Below, piece after piece: positions 1 to 9,080 of a stretch of DNA of 64,000 nt. The notes beneath the pieces were generated by a model that ran no database searches, had not been told where the DNA came from, and saw only the letters and a program-made list of their open reading frames with translations. Each line of letters starts with the position of its first letter. Position 1 is the first letter of the stretch. A program made the translations under genes and the position numbers. Source of the stretch: Candidatus Chisholmbacteria bacterium. Lineage in GTDB: Bacteria; Patescibacteriota; Microgenomatia; UBA1400; Chisholmbacteraceae. The stretch covers positions 634 through 64,633 of the forward strand of contig CAVPHZ010000002.1 of assembly GCA_963704905.1 (NCBI GenBank), given 5' to 3'.

Positions 1-2
1 TC

Positions 3-509
3 CCAAAAGATGTTAAAGAACTTTCAGCACTTGCAAAAAGCGTCGGTGAGGGAGATGGTCTTTTTGAAAAAATTGATCAGCTGAATGAGAATCGTATTCC
101 CAGACTTGTCAATGAATATAATGCCATTTCAGATATGAAAAATAAAACTGTCGCCGTCCTCGGTCTTTCATTTAAACCAAATACAGACGATATGCGAGAG
201 GCTCCGAGTATGAAATTTATATCGCTACTTATCCATTTGGGAGCCAAGGTGACTGCATATGATCCTAAGGCTATGGAAGAGGCAAAAAAACATTTCAAAG
301 ATACGATTCAGTACGCAAAAGATGCCTACCAAGCGGTCAAGGACGCAGATGTATTAATATTGCTGGTTGAATGGGATGAATTTAAGCAATTAAATTTGAA
401 GAAATTAAAAAACAACATGAAAGGTAATCTATTTATAGACACCCGAAATGTATATGATCCTAAAACAATAGAAAGAGAAGGATTTAAATATATAGGGATA
501 GGAAAATGA
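3..509 (+). CDS. nucleotide-sugar 6-dehydrogenase (UDP-glucose / GDP-mannose dehydrogenase family), C-terminal portion; 5' end lies outside window
   Basis: The frame is open from the window edge with no stop between nt 3 and the first Met of the ORF-track entry. The translation ...NKTVAVLGLSFKPNTDDMREAPS...KVTAYDPKA... matches the C-terminal UDP-binding domain signature (GLxFKpnTDDxREsP) of Ugd/AlgD-type dehydrogenases. The stop overlaps the next start (ATGA at 506-509). Confidence 0.8.
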   Translation, partial: PKDVKELSALAKSVGEGDGLFEKIDQLNENRIPRLVNEYNAISDMKNKTVAVLGLSFKPNTDDMREAPSMKFISLLIHLGAKVTAYDPKAMEEAKKHFKDTIQYAKDAYQAVKDADVLILLVEWDEFKQLNLKKLKNNMKGNLFIDTRNVYDPKTIEREGFKYIGIGK

Positions 510-1411
510 GAATTATCATTACAGGTGCATCAGGTTTTGCTGGAACGCACCTTGTCGAATACTACAGAAAAAATCGAAAAAAAGTTGATCTCATATGCTT
601 GACCTATGGTGGATTTGAGTCAATTACAGACTTGGTTCCGGAAGAAAATATTCTTGAATTAAATCTTTTAGAAAAAAATAAAGTTGATGAACTCATCAAT
701 GAAGTTGAACCAGATGCAGTTATTCATCTGGCAGCGCTGGCCTCAGTCGGTAAAAGTTTTCAAAACCCACAAATTGTATTAGAAAATAACATCCTCTCAA
801 CTGCAAATATTCTCGAATCCGTACGAAATCACGCCAAGAAGGCAAGAGTGTTGCTAATCGGCTCAGCTGACGAGTATGGGGCGATTGATCCTGAATCAGT
901 TCCTCTTAGTGAGGACACACCACTGCGACCGACAAGTCCATACGCAGTCTCAAAGGTCGCTGTTGATTATCTGGGATTGCAATATTTTCTGGCTTATAAC
1001 ATGGACATCATCAGACTACGGCCGTTTAACCACATTGGAGAAAACCAAGCAACAGGGTTCGTTGTATCTGACTTTGCCAAGCAAATCGTGGAAGCGGAGC
1101 TCGGGAAAAAAGAAGTTATTACGGTTGGGAATTTAAGCGCAGTAAGGGATTTTACCGATGTAAAAGACATGGTACGGGCATATGATATCGCTCTAGAAAA
1201 ATGCGCCAGCGGTGAAGTCTATAACGTTGGTTCTGGACATGGAGTTCGAATCCAAGATCTTCTTAATAAAATGATTACTCAAGCCAGAGAAGAAATACGG
1301 GTGGAAGTAGACTCGAAACTGTACAGACCCATTGATACCGAATCAATCATCGCAAATACAGAAAAATTCGAAAAAATACCGGTTGGCGAGCCAGAACTCC
1401 GCTGGATGTGA
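506..1411 (+). CDS. NAD-dependent epimerase/dehydratase (SDR), likely GDP-4-keto-6-deoxy-D-mannose reductase (Rmd-like) partnering Gmd
   Basis: N-terminal Rossmann motif IIITGASGFAGTHL and a catalytic YxxxK (YAVSKVAVDY). It sits immediately upstream of gmd, the classic gmd-rmd arrangement. Rmd versus another GDP-sugar epimerase/reductase cannot be decided from the sequence alone. Confidence 0.7.
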   Translation: MRIIITGASGFAGTHLVEYYRKNRKKVDLICLTYGGFESITDLVPEENILELNLLEKNKVDELINEVEPDAVIHLAALASVGKSFQNPQIVLENNILSTANILESVRNHAKKARVLLIGSADEYGAIDPESVPLSEDTPLRPTSPYAVSKVAVDYLGLQYFLAYNMDIIRLRPFNHIGENQATGFVVSDFAKQIVEAELGKKEVITVGNLSAVRDFTDVKDMVRAYDIALEKCASGEVYNVGSGHGVRIQDLLNKMITQAREEIRVEVDSKLYRPIDTESIIANTEKFEKIPVGEPELRWM

Positions 1412-1473
1412 CCCTCAAGCGCGTGTTACACTACTGGAGAAATAAGATCATTACTTCAAAGGAGCTAGGGTAG

Positions 1474-2448
1474 ATGTCAAAGCAAAAGAAAAAAGCGCTC
1501 ATCACAGGTATAACCGGCCAGGATGGTTCGTACCTCGCAGAATTCTTACTTGATAAAGGGTATGCCGTCTTCGGACTTACTCGTCGTACCAGTACTCCCA
1601 ACTATGACCGGATTAAGAACATTGTGGAAAAAATAACCTTAGTCCAAGGAGATCTTCTCGATCAACATTCACTGACAATGGCCATTAAAGATGTTCAGCC
1701 AGACGAAGTTTATAACCTTGCTGCTCAAAGTTTCGTACCCACCTCATGGAACCAGCCGGTGTTAACAGGAGAGTTTACCGCTCTTGGAGTTACACGCATT
1801 CTTGAAGCGATACGTCTAGCCAAGCCCGATGCAAAATTTTATCAGGCGAGCTCGAGTGAAATGTTTGGAAAAGTCCGTGAGACACCACAAAATGAAAACA
1901 CACCATATTATCCCAGAAGCCCATACGGAGTAGCCAAAGTGTACGGACATTGGATTACGGTGAATTATCGAGAGTCTTATAACCTGTTCGCAGTATCTGG
2001 AATCTTGTTTAATCACGAATCTCCCCGACGAGGTCTTGAGTTTGTAACCAGGAAGATTACTCATGGAGTGGCACGAATCAAATTAGGTAAGCAAAAAAAG
2101 CTAGCACTGGGAAATCTAAGTTCAAAACGTGACTGGGGGTACGCCCCTGAGTATGTTGAAGCAATGTGGATGATGTTGCAGCAAGACAAACCAGAGGATT
2201 TTGTCATTGGAACCGGAGAAACGCATTCTCCAAAAGAGTTTGCTAAAGTTGCTTTCGAGTCAGTTGGTTTACATTGGCAAGACTATGTCGTAACAGATAA
2301 AAAATATATGAGGCCGGCTGAAGTAGATTATCTTGTAGCGGATCCAACGCAAGCAAAGAATAAGCTCGGCTGGAAATATAAGACTGGTTATAAACAACTC
2401 GCAGAGATTATGGTGCAAGCCGACATTGAACTGCTCAAGAGCCAATGA
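1474..2448 (+). CDS. gmd: GDP-mannose 4,6-dehydratase
   Basis: Hallmark Gmd N-terminus KKALITGITGQDGSYLAEFLLDKGY, the ...YNLAAQSFV... stretch and catalytic YxxxK (YGVAKVYGHW); the length (324 aa) is typical. An AGGAG RBS lies about 8 nt upstream. Confidence 0.93.
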   Translation: MSKQKKKALITGITGQDGSYLAEFLLDKGYAVFGLTRRTSTPNYDRIKNIVEKITLVQGDLLDQHSLTMAIKDVQPDEVYNLAAQSFVPTSWNQPVLTGEFTALGVTRILEAIRLAKPDAKFYQASSSEMFGKVRETPQNENTPYYPRSPYGVAKVYGHWITVNYRESYNLFAVSGILFNHESPRRGLEFVTRKITHGVARIKLGKQKKLALGNLSSKRDWGYAPEYVEAMWMMLQQDKPEDFVIGTGETHSPKEFAKVAFESVGLHWQDYVVTDKKYMRPAEVDYLVADPTQAKNKLGWKYKTGYKQLAEIMVQADIELLKSQ

Positions 2449-3555
2449 AAATCGTCATTATCCTTCCCACATACAACGAAGTAGAAAACATAGAACAGAT
2501 AATCGTAACGCTTCAAGAAAGTTCAAAAAAATATTCCCAACACCAAACACATCTTTTAGTAGTGGACGATAATTCACCAGACAAAACTGGCGATAAAGTA
2601 AAAGAACTTCAAGGAAAAGTACGATAATCTCCACTTATTATCTGGTGAAAAGAGAGGATTGGGTCAAGCCTATTTGAGGGGAATGGATTACGCCACCGAA
2701 AAACTCGGGGCTGAAGTGATGTTTGAGATCGACGCTGACTTTCAGCACGATCCACATGCCACACCGGAATTCATCTCAAAAATCGACGAAGGGTTCGATT
2801 TCGTTATTGGAAGTCGATACATCAAAGGTGGTTCAATTCCAAGCAATTGGGGTCTGAAAAGAAAAGTATTCAGTATCATAGGTAACCTAATCGTTCGTGG
2901 CGCATTAACAAATATTTCTGTTCATGACTGGACGTCGGGTTATCGGGCAATAAAAAGTTGGGTGTATAAAAAAGTTCGTGATGATTTAGCGCAATATAAT
3001 GGGTACACGTTTCAAGTAGCTTTCCTGCACAAAGCAATAGAGTCAAAAGCCAAGATTGTTGAAGTGCCAATTCAATTTGGTGAGAGAAAATATGGAAAAT
3101 CAAAAATTGGTGGAGAGTATATAAAAAATCTACTCCTGTATCTTATACACACAAGAATTCGATTCATCAAATTTCTCATCGTTGGAACCATCGGCTTCAT
3201 CGTAAATACCATAGGATTAGAAGGGTTCATCTACTTGGGCTTGAGACCATCATTAGCTGGAGCCGCCGGAGCGGAACTAGCTATCTTTTCTAATTTCACC
3301 TTAAATAATCTCTGGACATTCAAGGAAAATAAAATTACTTCAGTGAAACAGATCCCGGTCAAATTTCTTATCTTTAACGCTGCATCATTTGGCTCCGTTG
3401 TCATACAAGCAATTACGATTGAAATAGGATCTCGATTGTTTGGCGTGGAGCTCTATAGACTCTATTTTATTATCGGAGTTGGTATAGGCCTCATCTGGAA
3501 CTACGTTATGTATAATCGTGTCGTTTGGAAAACCCACAAAACCGATGTCAAATGA
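2445..3555 (+). pseudogene. polyprenyl-phosphate sugar synthase (DPM1/GtrB-like GT2) fused to a C-terminal GtrA-like 4-TM domain; reading frame broken by a +1 frameshift near nt 2616-2621, either an authentic pseudogene or an assembly error
   Basis: ORF 2445..2627 encodes the GT2 N-terminus (IVIILPTYNEVENI...LLVVDDNSPDKTGDKVKELQGK). Shifting +1 in the 'ggaaaagtac' tract continues directly as YDNLHLLSGEKRGLGQAYLRGMDYA...IDADFQHDP...IGSRYIKGG, the canonical DPM-synthase continuation, into ORF 2659..3555. The last ~120 aa (FLIVGTIGFIVNT...LWTFKEN...IWNYVMYNRVVWK) match the GtrA-family signature. Confidence 0.75.
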
Positions 3556-4292
3556 AAAAGGTACTTCCCAAACTTATAACTGTTACCCTTGCCGTACCAG
3601 TCTACAACGAACAACAACAACTTGAGAAAAATATCAAGAAGCTGAATTCCTTCATAACGGAAAACAAATTTTCTAACTTTAGCATTCAAATAGTCATTGT
3701 TGATAATGGCTCAACTGATGACACACCCAACATCGGCAATACGCTTGAGAGAGAAATAGAAAACGTAACATATCTTCGTTTAGAGGAAAAAGGAAGAGGA
3801 CGTGCCTTAAGAGCTATTTGGATGAAAAGTGAAGCAGATATTCTATCGTACATGGACGTCGATCTTTCCGCAGACCTCGAAAGCGTGTACCCACTTCTCA
3901 GTATAGTGGCATCAAAAGATGCAGAGATTGCCATCGGCTCAAGACTTATGAAGGAGTCAGATGTAAAGGGAAGAACTCGTGCTAGAGAGATCATGTCTCG
4001 AAGTTACAATTTCTTAGTTCAGGTGCTGCTGAATGTCAAGATAAAAGATGCACAATGTGGATTTAAGGCTATACAACGAGATGCATTCCGTACAATCGAG
4101 CCTAAGATACAAAATCAGAATTGGTTTTTTGATACAGAATTGCTAGTGATTGCCAGCAAAATGGGATTGAGGATTCATGAGATACCAGTCAAATGGACAG
4201 ATGATCCAGGTTCTACTGTCAAGATTGCCAGAACTGCAATGGAAGACATCCATGGGATAATGCGATTAGTAAAGGAAAAACCATGGCTCTAA
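3552..4292 (+). CDS. GT2 glycosyltransferase, dolichyl/polyprenyl-phosphate beta-glucosyltransferase (Alg5/DPG-synthase)-like
   Basis: VTLAVPVYNEQQQL...IVIVDNGSTDDT...EEKGRGRALRAIW...DVDLSADLE...AIGSR...CGFKAIQRDAF. The start at the internal Met (3552) gives an ATGA overlap with the upstream stop; the ORF-track start at 3525 is also possible. Confidence 0.85.
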   Translation: MKKVLPKLITVTLAVPVYNEQQQLEKNIKKLNSFITENKFSNFSIQIVIVDNGSTDDTPNIGNTLEREIENVTYLRLEEKGRGRALRAIWMKSEADILSYMDVDLSADLESVYPLLSIVASKDAEIAIGSRLMKESDVKGRTRAREIMSRSYNFLVQVLLNVKIKDAQCGFKAIQRDAFRTIEPKIQNQNWFFDTELLVIASKMGLRIHEIPVKWTDDPGSTVKIARTAMEDIHGIMRLVKEKPWL

Positions 4293-5824
4293 AAGTAAAA
4301 CATGTTGTAAAGTACTGTTGCGAAAATAAATTGGAGCTTCTGATCCTCACTTCGATTTTACTCATTGCACTATTTCTCAGAACCTACAAAATAAGAGAAT
4401 TTATCATATTTTTAGGGGACGAGGGTAGAGATGCGCTTGTCGTCAGGAGAATGATTGTCGATTACAAATTTACACTTCTCGGACCTACAGCATCAGTTGG
4501 TGGATTTTACTTAGGACCAATCTACTACTATTTCATGATTCCATTCCTTTGGCTCGCTAATTTTGACCCAGTAGGGCCAGCTGTGATGGTAGCGTTACTT
4601 GGAACAATAACGGTTGCTTTGGTGTACTGGACATCGAGAGAGTGGTTCGATGTTCGTACTGCAATGATCACCTCAATGGTCTATGCGACCGCACCGGGAA
4701 TAATTCTTTCCTCTCGTTCTTCATGGAATCCAAATATTATGCCGTTCTTTGCTCTGTTGGCGGTAGTTTCTCTCTATAAAGCTGCAACAAAAAACAAACT
4801 CATGTGGACATTCATCAGTGGAGCTTCCATTGGCGTGGCAATCCAATCACATTATCTTGGACTGATACTCGGGCCGATCATTGCAGTATCCGCATTAGTG
4901 TCCTTTGAAAAAAGACATTGGGTGAAAAATACGCTTACTGGAATAGTTGGCTTTTTCACTGGAGGATCGATGTACTTTGCTTTTGAGTTTAGACACAATT
5001 TTCCAAACATCAGATCAGTTCTAGAGTTCATCGGTCGTGGAGGCAACACAACCGGCCCGAGAAGCATAAACATTGTTTGGTTATTCATCGATATGGTGAA
5101 AAGAATGTATGAGGCGGCGTTCATAACCCTTGACTTGTCAATACGAAATTGGTTGGTGTACTTGAGTATTACTGGATTACTACTAGTGCTTATCAATCGT
5201 TGGAAGAAAAAAAGGAAACTTTCGCTTGGGTTTAAACTTCTTCTTGTGTGGCTGGTTGTCGGTATTTTTGGAATTGGATCGTATAAAGGTCAACTCTATC
5301 CTCATTATTTTGGGTTTCTTCTTCCTGTTCCGGTTTTGATACTTGGAGTCTTGCTTGGTCAGTTAGTCAAGAAAAATTCGACTAAATATGTTGCATATCT
5401 GCTTGTGGGTCTACTACTGTACTTGAATCTATCAACTCTTCCCATTTGGGGCAGAGGCTCTAACTTAATTGATCAGACTGAACGGGTTGCCGAGGCGATA
5501 GGAGAAATTACAGATGATGAACCATTTAATTTTGCATTGATCTCCTCAGGAAATTCAGATCATGCATACAGATATTTCCTGGAGATTAACGGAAAGAAGC
5601 CAAGAACACTTGAAGAAGAAGTCACACAACAACTCATTGTCATTTGCGAAGAAATCGATAATCCCTGCCTTCCTCTGGGACATCCTCTTTGGGAGGTAGC
5701 TGGATTTGGGCGGGCAGAGGTTGTGCTGGAGAAATCCGTAGATCCAGGGATTAAAATAGTAAAAATGGTCCATCACGAAGATTCTAAACATCTCATCGGA
5801 AGCCCAGCACCAAAAGGAGGATGA
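4283..5824 (+). CDS. GT-C fold polytopic membrane glycosyltransferase, ArnT/PMT-like (GT83/GT39-like) paralog
   Basis: Multi-TM protein with a first-loop acidic motif (FLGDEGRDALVVRRMI) and the YxxGPIYYY stretch. It is clearly paralogous to the 7713 gene and to the pseudogene at 11461. Confidence 0.7.
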   Translation: MALKVKHVVKYCCENKLELLILTSILLIALFLRTYKIREFIIFLGDEGRDALVVRRMIVDYKFTLLGPTASVGGFYLGPIYYYFMIPFLWLANFDPVGPAVMVALLGTITVALVYWTSREWFDVRTAMITSMVYATAPGIILSSRSSWNPNIMPFFALLAVVSLYKAATKNKLMWTFISGASIGVAIQSHYLGLILGPIIAVSALVSFEKRHWVKNTLTGIVGFFTGGSMYFAFEFRHNFPNIRSVLEFIGRGGNTTGPRSINIVWLFIDMVKRMYEAAFITLDLSIRNWLVYLSITGLLLVLINRWKKKRKLSLGFKLLLVWLVVGIFGIGSYKGQLYPHYFGFLLPVPVLILGVLLGQLVKKNSTKYVAYLLVGLLLYLNLSTLPIWGRGSNLIDQTERVAEAIGEITDDEPFNFALISSGNSDHAYRYFLEINGKKPRTLEEEVTQQLIVICEEIDNPCLPLGHPLWEVAGFGRAEVVLEKSVDPGIKIVKMVHHEDSKHLIGSPAPKGG

Positions 5825-5828
5825 GATT

Positions 5829-6590
5829 ATGTTCGACAAAGCCCCCTATTTATCAGTTGTCATACCAGCTTATAACGAAAAAGCAAACTTCAAAAAAGGT
5901 GTGCTCGAGCAGGTCAATACGTATTTAAAGCAAAGAGAATACTCATTCGAAGTAATTGTAGTTGACGACGGATCAACTGACGCAACAGCAGATTTGGTAG
6001 AGAAGTGGATAGTAGGAAAAGGAAATTGGAAGTTAATTCGTAAACCGCACAAAGGCAAGGCTCCCGCAGTTACAGCAGGTATTAAAGAAGCAATAGGAGA
6101 AATAATTGTTTTTACTGATTTTGATCAAGCAACCCCAATTAGTGAAATAGAAAAACTCTTACCCTTTATGAAAAAAGGATACTCCATTGCTATCGGATCA
6201 CGTGAAGTAAAAGGAAGCAGGAGAGAAGAAGAGCCATGGCATCGACACCTCATGGGTAGAGGGTGGAACATCATCGTACAAATAGTTGCGCTTCGAGGCA
6301 TCCACGATACCCAGTGTGGATTTAAGTTATTTAAAGCAGATAGTGCCAAAAAGCTCTTTGATGGGCTTTATGTCTATAAAGATGCAATAGAGAAGGAAGC
6401 CTATACAGGTGCTTTTGATGTAGAATTGTTATACCTCGCTCAAAAAAAGGGACTTCAAATTGCTGAAGTACCAGTCCATTGGAAGCATATTGATACAGAT
6501 CGAGTAAACCCCATTCGTGACTCGGTTCGTATGTTTATTGACCTTTTAAAAATACGACTCGCAGATGTAATGGGAAAGTATGAAAAATAA
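5829..6590 (+). CDS. GT2 glycosyltransferase, polyprenyl-phosphate sugar synthase (Alg5/DPG-synthase-like)
   Basis: LSVVIPAYNEKANF...VIVVDDGSTDATADL...GKAPAVTAGI...FTDFDQATP...AIGSREVKGS...QCGFKLFKADSAKKLF. An AAAGGAGG RBS lies upstream. Confidence 0.88.
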   Translation: MFDKAPYLSVVIPAYNEKANFKKGVLEQVNTYLKQREYSFEVIVVDDGSTDATADLVEKWIVGKGNWKLIRKPHKGKAPAVTAGIKEAIGEIIVFTDFDQATPISEIEKLLPFMKKGYSIAIGSREVKGSRREEEPWHRHLMGRGWNIIVQIVALRGIHDTQCGFKLFKADSAKKLFDGLYVYKDAIEKEAYTGAFDVELLYLAQKKGLQIAEVPVHWKHIDTDRVNPIRDSVRMFIDLLKIRLADVMGKYEK

Positions 6591-7752
6591 GAGATTCTTA
6601 TTGATATTATTAGGGTATATACTAACCCTTTTTGGACTGCTGGTTTATTCATACGCCCACATCGATCTCAACCTCACACTTTCATCAAATTCTTTCTATC
6701 AAAGCTTTCAAAATCAACTCATTCAGCTTGGATACTTTAAACGGGGATTATCCACGCAGCTATTTGTAGTACTTACAACTCTTCTCTTCATACTCCAATC
6801 GATAGTTGTAGATGCCATTAGAAAAAAATATATTCGGACAAGTCACGTTCTTAAGCTAAGTATAATAGCTGCTGGGCTATTACTATTTGCGTATCCTGCT
6901 TTTTCCCATGATATCTTTAACTATATTTTCGATACGAGGTTACTCATTGAGCACAACGTTAATCCTTGGCAGTACACAGCCCTAGATTTTCCGCAGGATC
7001 TATGGACTCGATTCATGCGCTGGACTCACCGGACCTATCCATATGGACCAACATGGCTTCCCTTGACTGTCCCATTTTATCTTGCTGGGTTAGGAAAATT
7101 TACACCCACATTGTTTTGGTTCAAGTTTCTTGGTGTGCTGAGTTACCTAACCAGTGTGTGGTCGGTCAAAAACATACTTAAAATGACTAAGCCCAAGTAT
7201 CAGACGGTCGGACTGGCGCTTTTCGCATTGAATCCATTAATAATCATCGAAAGTTTAGTGACGGCTCATCTCGATGCAGTCATGGCTGCAGTCTTTTTGG
7301 CTGGGTTGGTTTTTTTACTCAATGGTAGAAATGTCTTAAGTTGGATTTTCTTACTGCTTTCAGCTGGGATGAAATATGTCACCGCCTCAGCGGTACCAGT
7401 GTGGTTATGGTGGAAAGGAAAAAAGAATAACTTCAATCAAGCGGTTATGACAATGCTTGTGTTTTCACTCGTAGCTACAGGAGTTGCAATTTATCTTCGA
7501 GAAATTCTTCCCTGGTACTTTATCACGCCGTTGGCATTACTCTCGCTCCTCCCAGAAAGGAAAGAACTCCAAGCAGCAAGTAGTATCATTTCCGCAGGTT
7601 TGCTGTTTCGTTACACACCATTTATTCTGATTGGAGAGTACACACAACAAGTCAATACCATGAGGAATGTTGGCACTGGAGTAGCTTTTCTAATTAGTAT
7701 TGCAGTATTCGTATGGATAAAAAACAAAAGCTTCTCTTCACCTTCATTATAG
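6580..7752 (+). CDS. GT-C-like polytopic membrane protein, DUF2029/GT87-like (putative polyprenyl-P-sugar-dependent glycosyltransferase)
   Basis: At least 9 predicted TM segments, with the motif block SHDIFNYIFDTRLLIEHNVNPWQYTALDFPQDLW...YPYGPTWLP. The same motif block occurs in the 47122 and 48446 genes. The family call is from memory of DUF2029 signatures. Confidence 0.55.
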   Translation: MKNKRFLLILLGYILTLFGLLVYSYAHIDLNLTLSSNSFYQSFQNQLIQLGYFKRGLSTQLFVVLTTLLFILQSIVVDAIRKKYIRTSHVLKLSIIAAGLLLFAYPAFSHDIFNYIFDTRLLIEHNVNPWQYTALDFPQDLWTRFMRWTHRTYPYGPTWLPLTVPFYLAGLGKFTPTLFWFKFLGVLSYLTSVWSVKNILKMTKPKYQTVGLALFALNPLIIIESLVTAHLDAVMAAVFLAGLVFLLNGRNVLSWIFLLLSAGMKYVTASAVPVWLWWKGKKNNFNQAVMTMLVFSLVATGVAIYLREILPWYFITPLALLSLLPERKELQAASSIISAGLLFRYTPFILIGEYTQQVNTMRNVGTGVAFLISIAVFVWIKNKSFSSPSL

Positions 7753-9080
7753 TCGTTGGATTCTTACTCCGGATTTATAAATTGAGAAGCGCAATGGGCT
7801 TTGATTACGATCAAGAGGTTGCTGCATTTGCGGTTCAAAGGATTCTATCTGGGGATTTTACTCTCATCGGTCAGGAAATTAGCATCGGTGGTGTATTTAT
7901 TGGTCCTGGATACTATTATCTGTTATCAATCTTCTATTGGTTGTTTGCTGGAGATCCGCTCGGAGCGGGAGTGATGGTTTCGCTATTCTCAGTAGCAACT
8001 ATGGTATTACTATTCTCCGTCTCTCGTAGTCTCACAAATATAGAAACAGCATTCATCGCGCTCACGCTCTTTGCTACTAGCAGTAAAATCATCTTCTTTG
8101 ACAGAACCACAGCTCCATCAAATCTCTTGATGCTCTCAGCATTACTCGTGCTATTTATTCTTATTCAAATTAAAAAGTATGGATCAAAACTAGTTCCACT
8201 ACTCAGTCTCATCCTCAGTGGGGCAGTTATTCATATTCACCCGACTGCTATTACTCTCGCACCAATAATATTTTTCCTTTGGCGGTTATGGAAATTGGCA
8301 AAACCAAATCCAAGTCAGATTCTCATGACAATGATAGCTGCGCTTCTTCCTCTTTCACCACTTATCATTTTTGACCTAAAGAATAACTTTCTCAACTTAA
8401 GAGGAGTCTTCCATGCGACAGGCATCCATGGCAGCGAAGCTTACTTCTTTCTATTAAAGTTTCTTCTACTGGTACGGATACAGATTGAGAACCTTGCCTC
8501 GCTATTTCCTTTCGGGAATTTAAACCTACTCATTGCAATTTCCTTTGTGTTCATATTCATACGATATTCAAAAAAAGAAAATCGACAACTATTGGTGGGA
8601 TGGGTGCTGATGTCAACCATGACACTCAGCTTCTACACAAGACATGTTCCAGAATATTACCTGCTCCCGTCTTTACCTGCTTTGCTAATTATCGCTGCAG
8701 TAGCGATAAGATTAATAATCAAAACGTTACCTAATAAAGTCATCTTGACCGCATTCCTCTCAATAGTTCTGTGGAACGGCTACCTTTCACTTTTGACTGA
8801 TAATCCGTACAGCCTATTGTACCGTCAGCAAACTGTCGACTATATTAAAACAGCCCAAAAAGAGGATGTGTATGTTTCCTTTGACACAGATTATGGACTA
8901 GAATCAGGATTTCATTATTTACTGAAGGTCAATGATGTTAAAATAGCCGATAAAGATCATATACCCTCTCACACGATTATCATGCCTCCAGATAGAAGAA
9001 TCGCAAAGAATAGGGAAGTTACATTCGGTGGTATAAAAGTGATAGAAAATATAGAGAGAACCTCAATAAATCATGAGTAG
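7713..9080 (+). CDS. GT-C fold membrane glycosyltransferase, ArnT/PMT-like paralog
   Basis: FDYDQEVAAFAVQRILSGDFTLIGQEISIGGVFIGPGYYYLLSIFYWLFAGDPLGAGVMV aligns residue-by-residue with the 4283 protein and with pseudogene 11461. Confidence 0.7.
   Translation: MDKKQKLLFTFIIVVGFLLRIYKLRSAMGFDYDQEVAAFAVQRILSGDFTLIGQEISIGGVFIGPGYYYLLSIFYWLFAGDPLGAGVMVSLFSVATMVLLFSVSRSLTNIETAFIALTLFATSSKIIFFDRTTAPSNLLMLSALLVLFILIQIKKYGSKLVPLLSLILSGAVIHIHPTAITLAPIIFFLWRLWKLAKPNPSQILMTMIAALLPLSPLIIFDLKNNFLNLRGVFHATGIHGSEAYFFLLKFLLLVRIQIENLASLFPFGNLNLLIAISFVFIFIRYSKKENRQLLVGWVLMSTMTLSFYTRHVPEYYLLPSLPALLIIAAVAIRLIIKTLPNKVILTAFLSIVLWNGYLSLLTDNPYSLLYRQQTVDYIKTAQKEDVYVSFDTDYGLESGFHYLLKVNDVKIADKDHIPSHTIIMPPDRRIAKNREVTFGGIKVIENIERTSINHE

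Noticed and set aside
876-1136. 86-aa + strand ORF in an alternative frame inside the rmd-like gene
   Set aside because: It is fully nested within a well-supported CDS in another frame, has no motif and no RBS, and is typical spurious AT-rich ORF noise. The same reasoning applies to the other nested ORFs of about 60-140 aa listed in the track on either strand (for example 1816..2064 -, 4852..5196 -, 13299..13553 +, 57761..58186 +, 50088..50468 -).
1238-1262. tRNA-like 'GGAGTTCGAATCC' T-loop-like string
   Set aside because: It lies in-frame inside the rmd-like CDS with no surrounding cloverleaf complementarity, so it is a coincidental match. No tRNA, rRNA or CRISPR repeats were seen anywhere in the window.
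2605-2625. Programmed +1 ribosomal frameshift or phase-variable homopolymer at the GT2 break
   Set aside because: The A-run is only four nucleotides, far shorter than typical slipped-strand phase-variation tracts, and no shifty-stop context is evident. An indel error or recent mutation is a simpler explanation. It is kept as a finding only for verification.
2445-2627. 60-aa ORF annotated as a separate small gene
   Set aside because: It is the N-terminal fragment of the DPM1-like GT2 whose frame continues at +1 into ORF 2659..3555, so it is not an independent gene.
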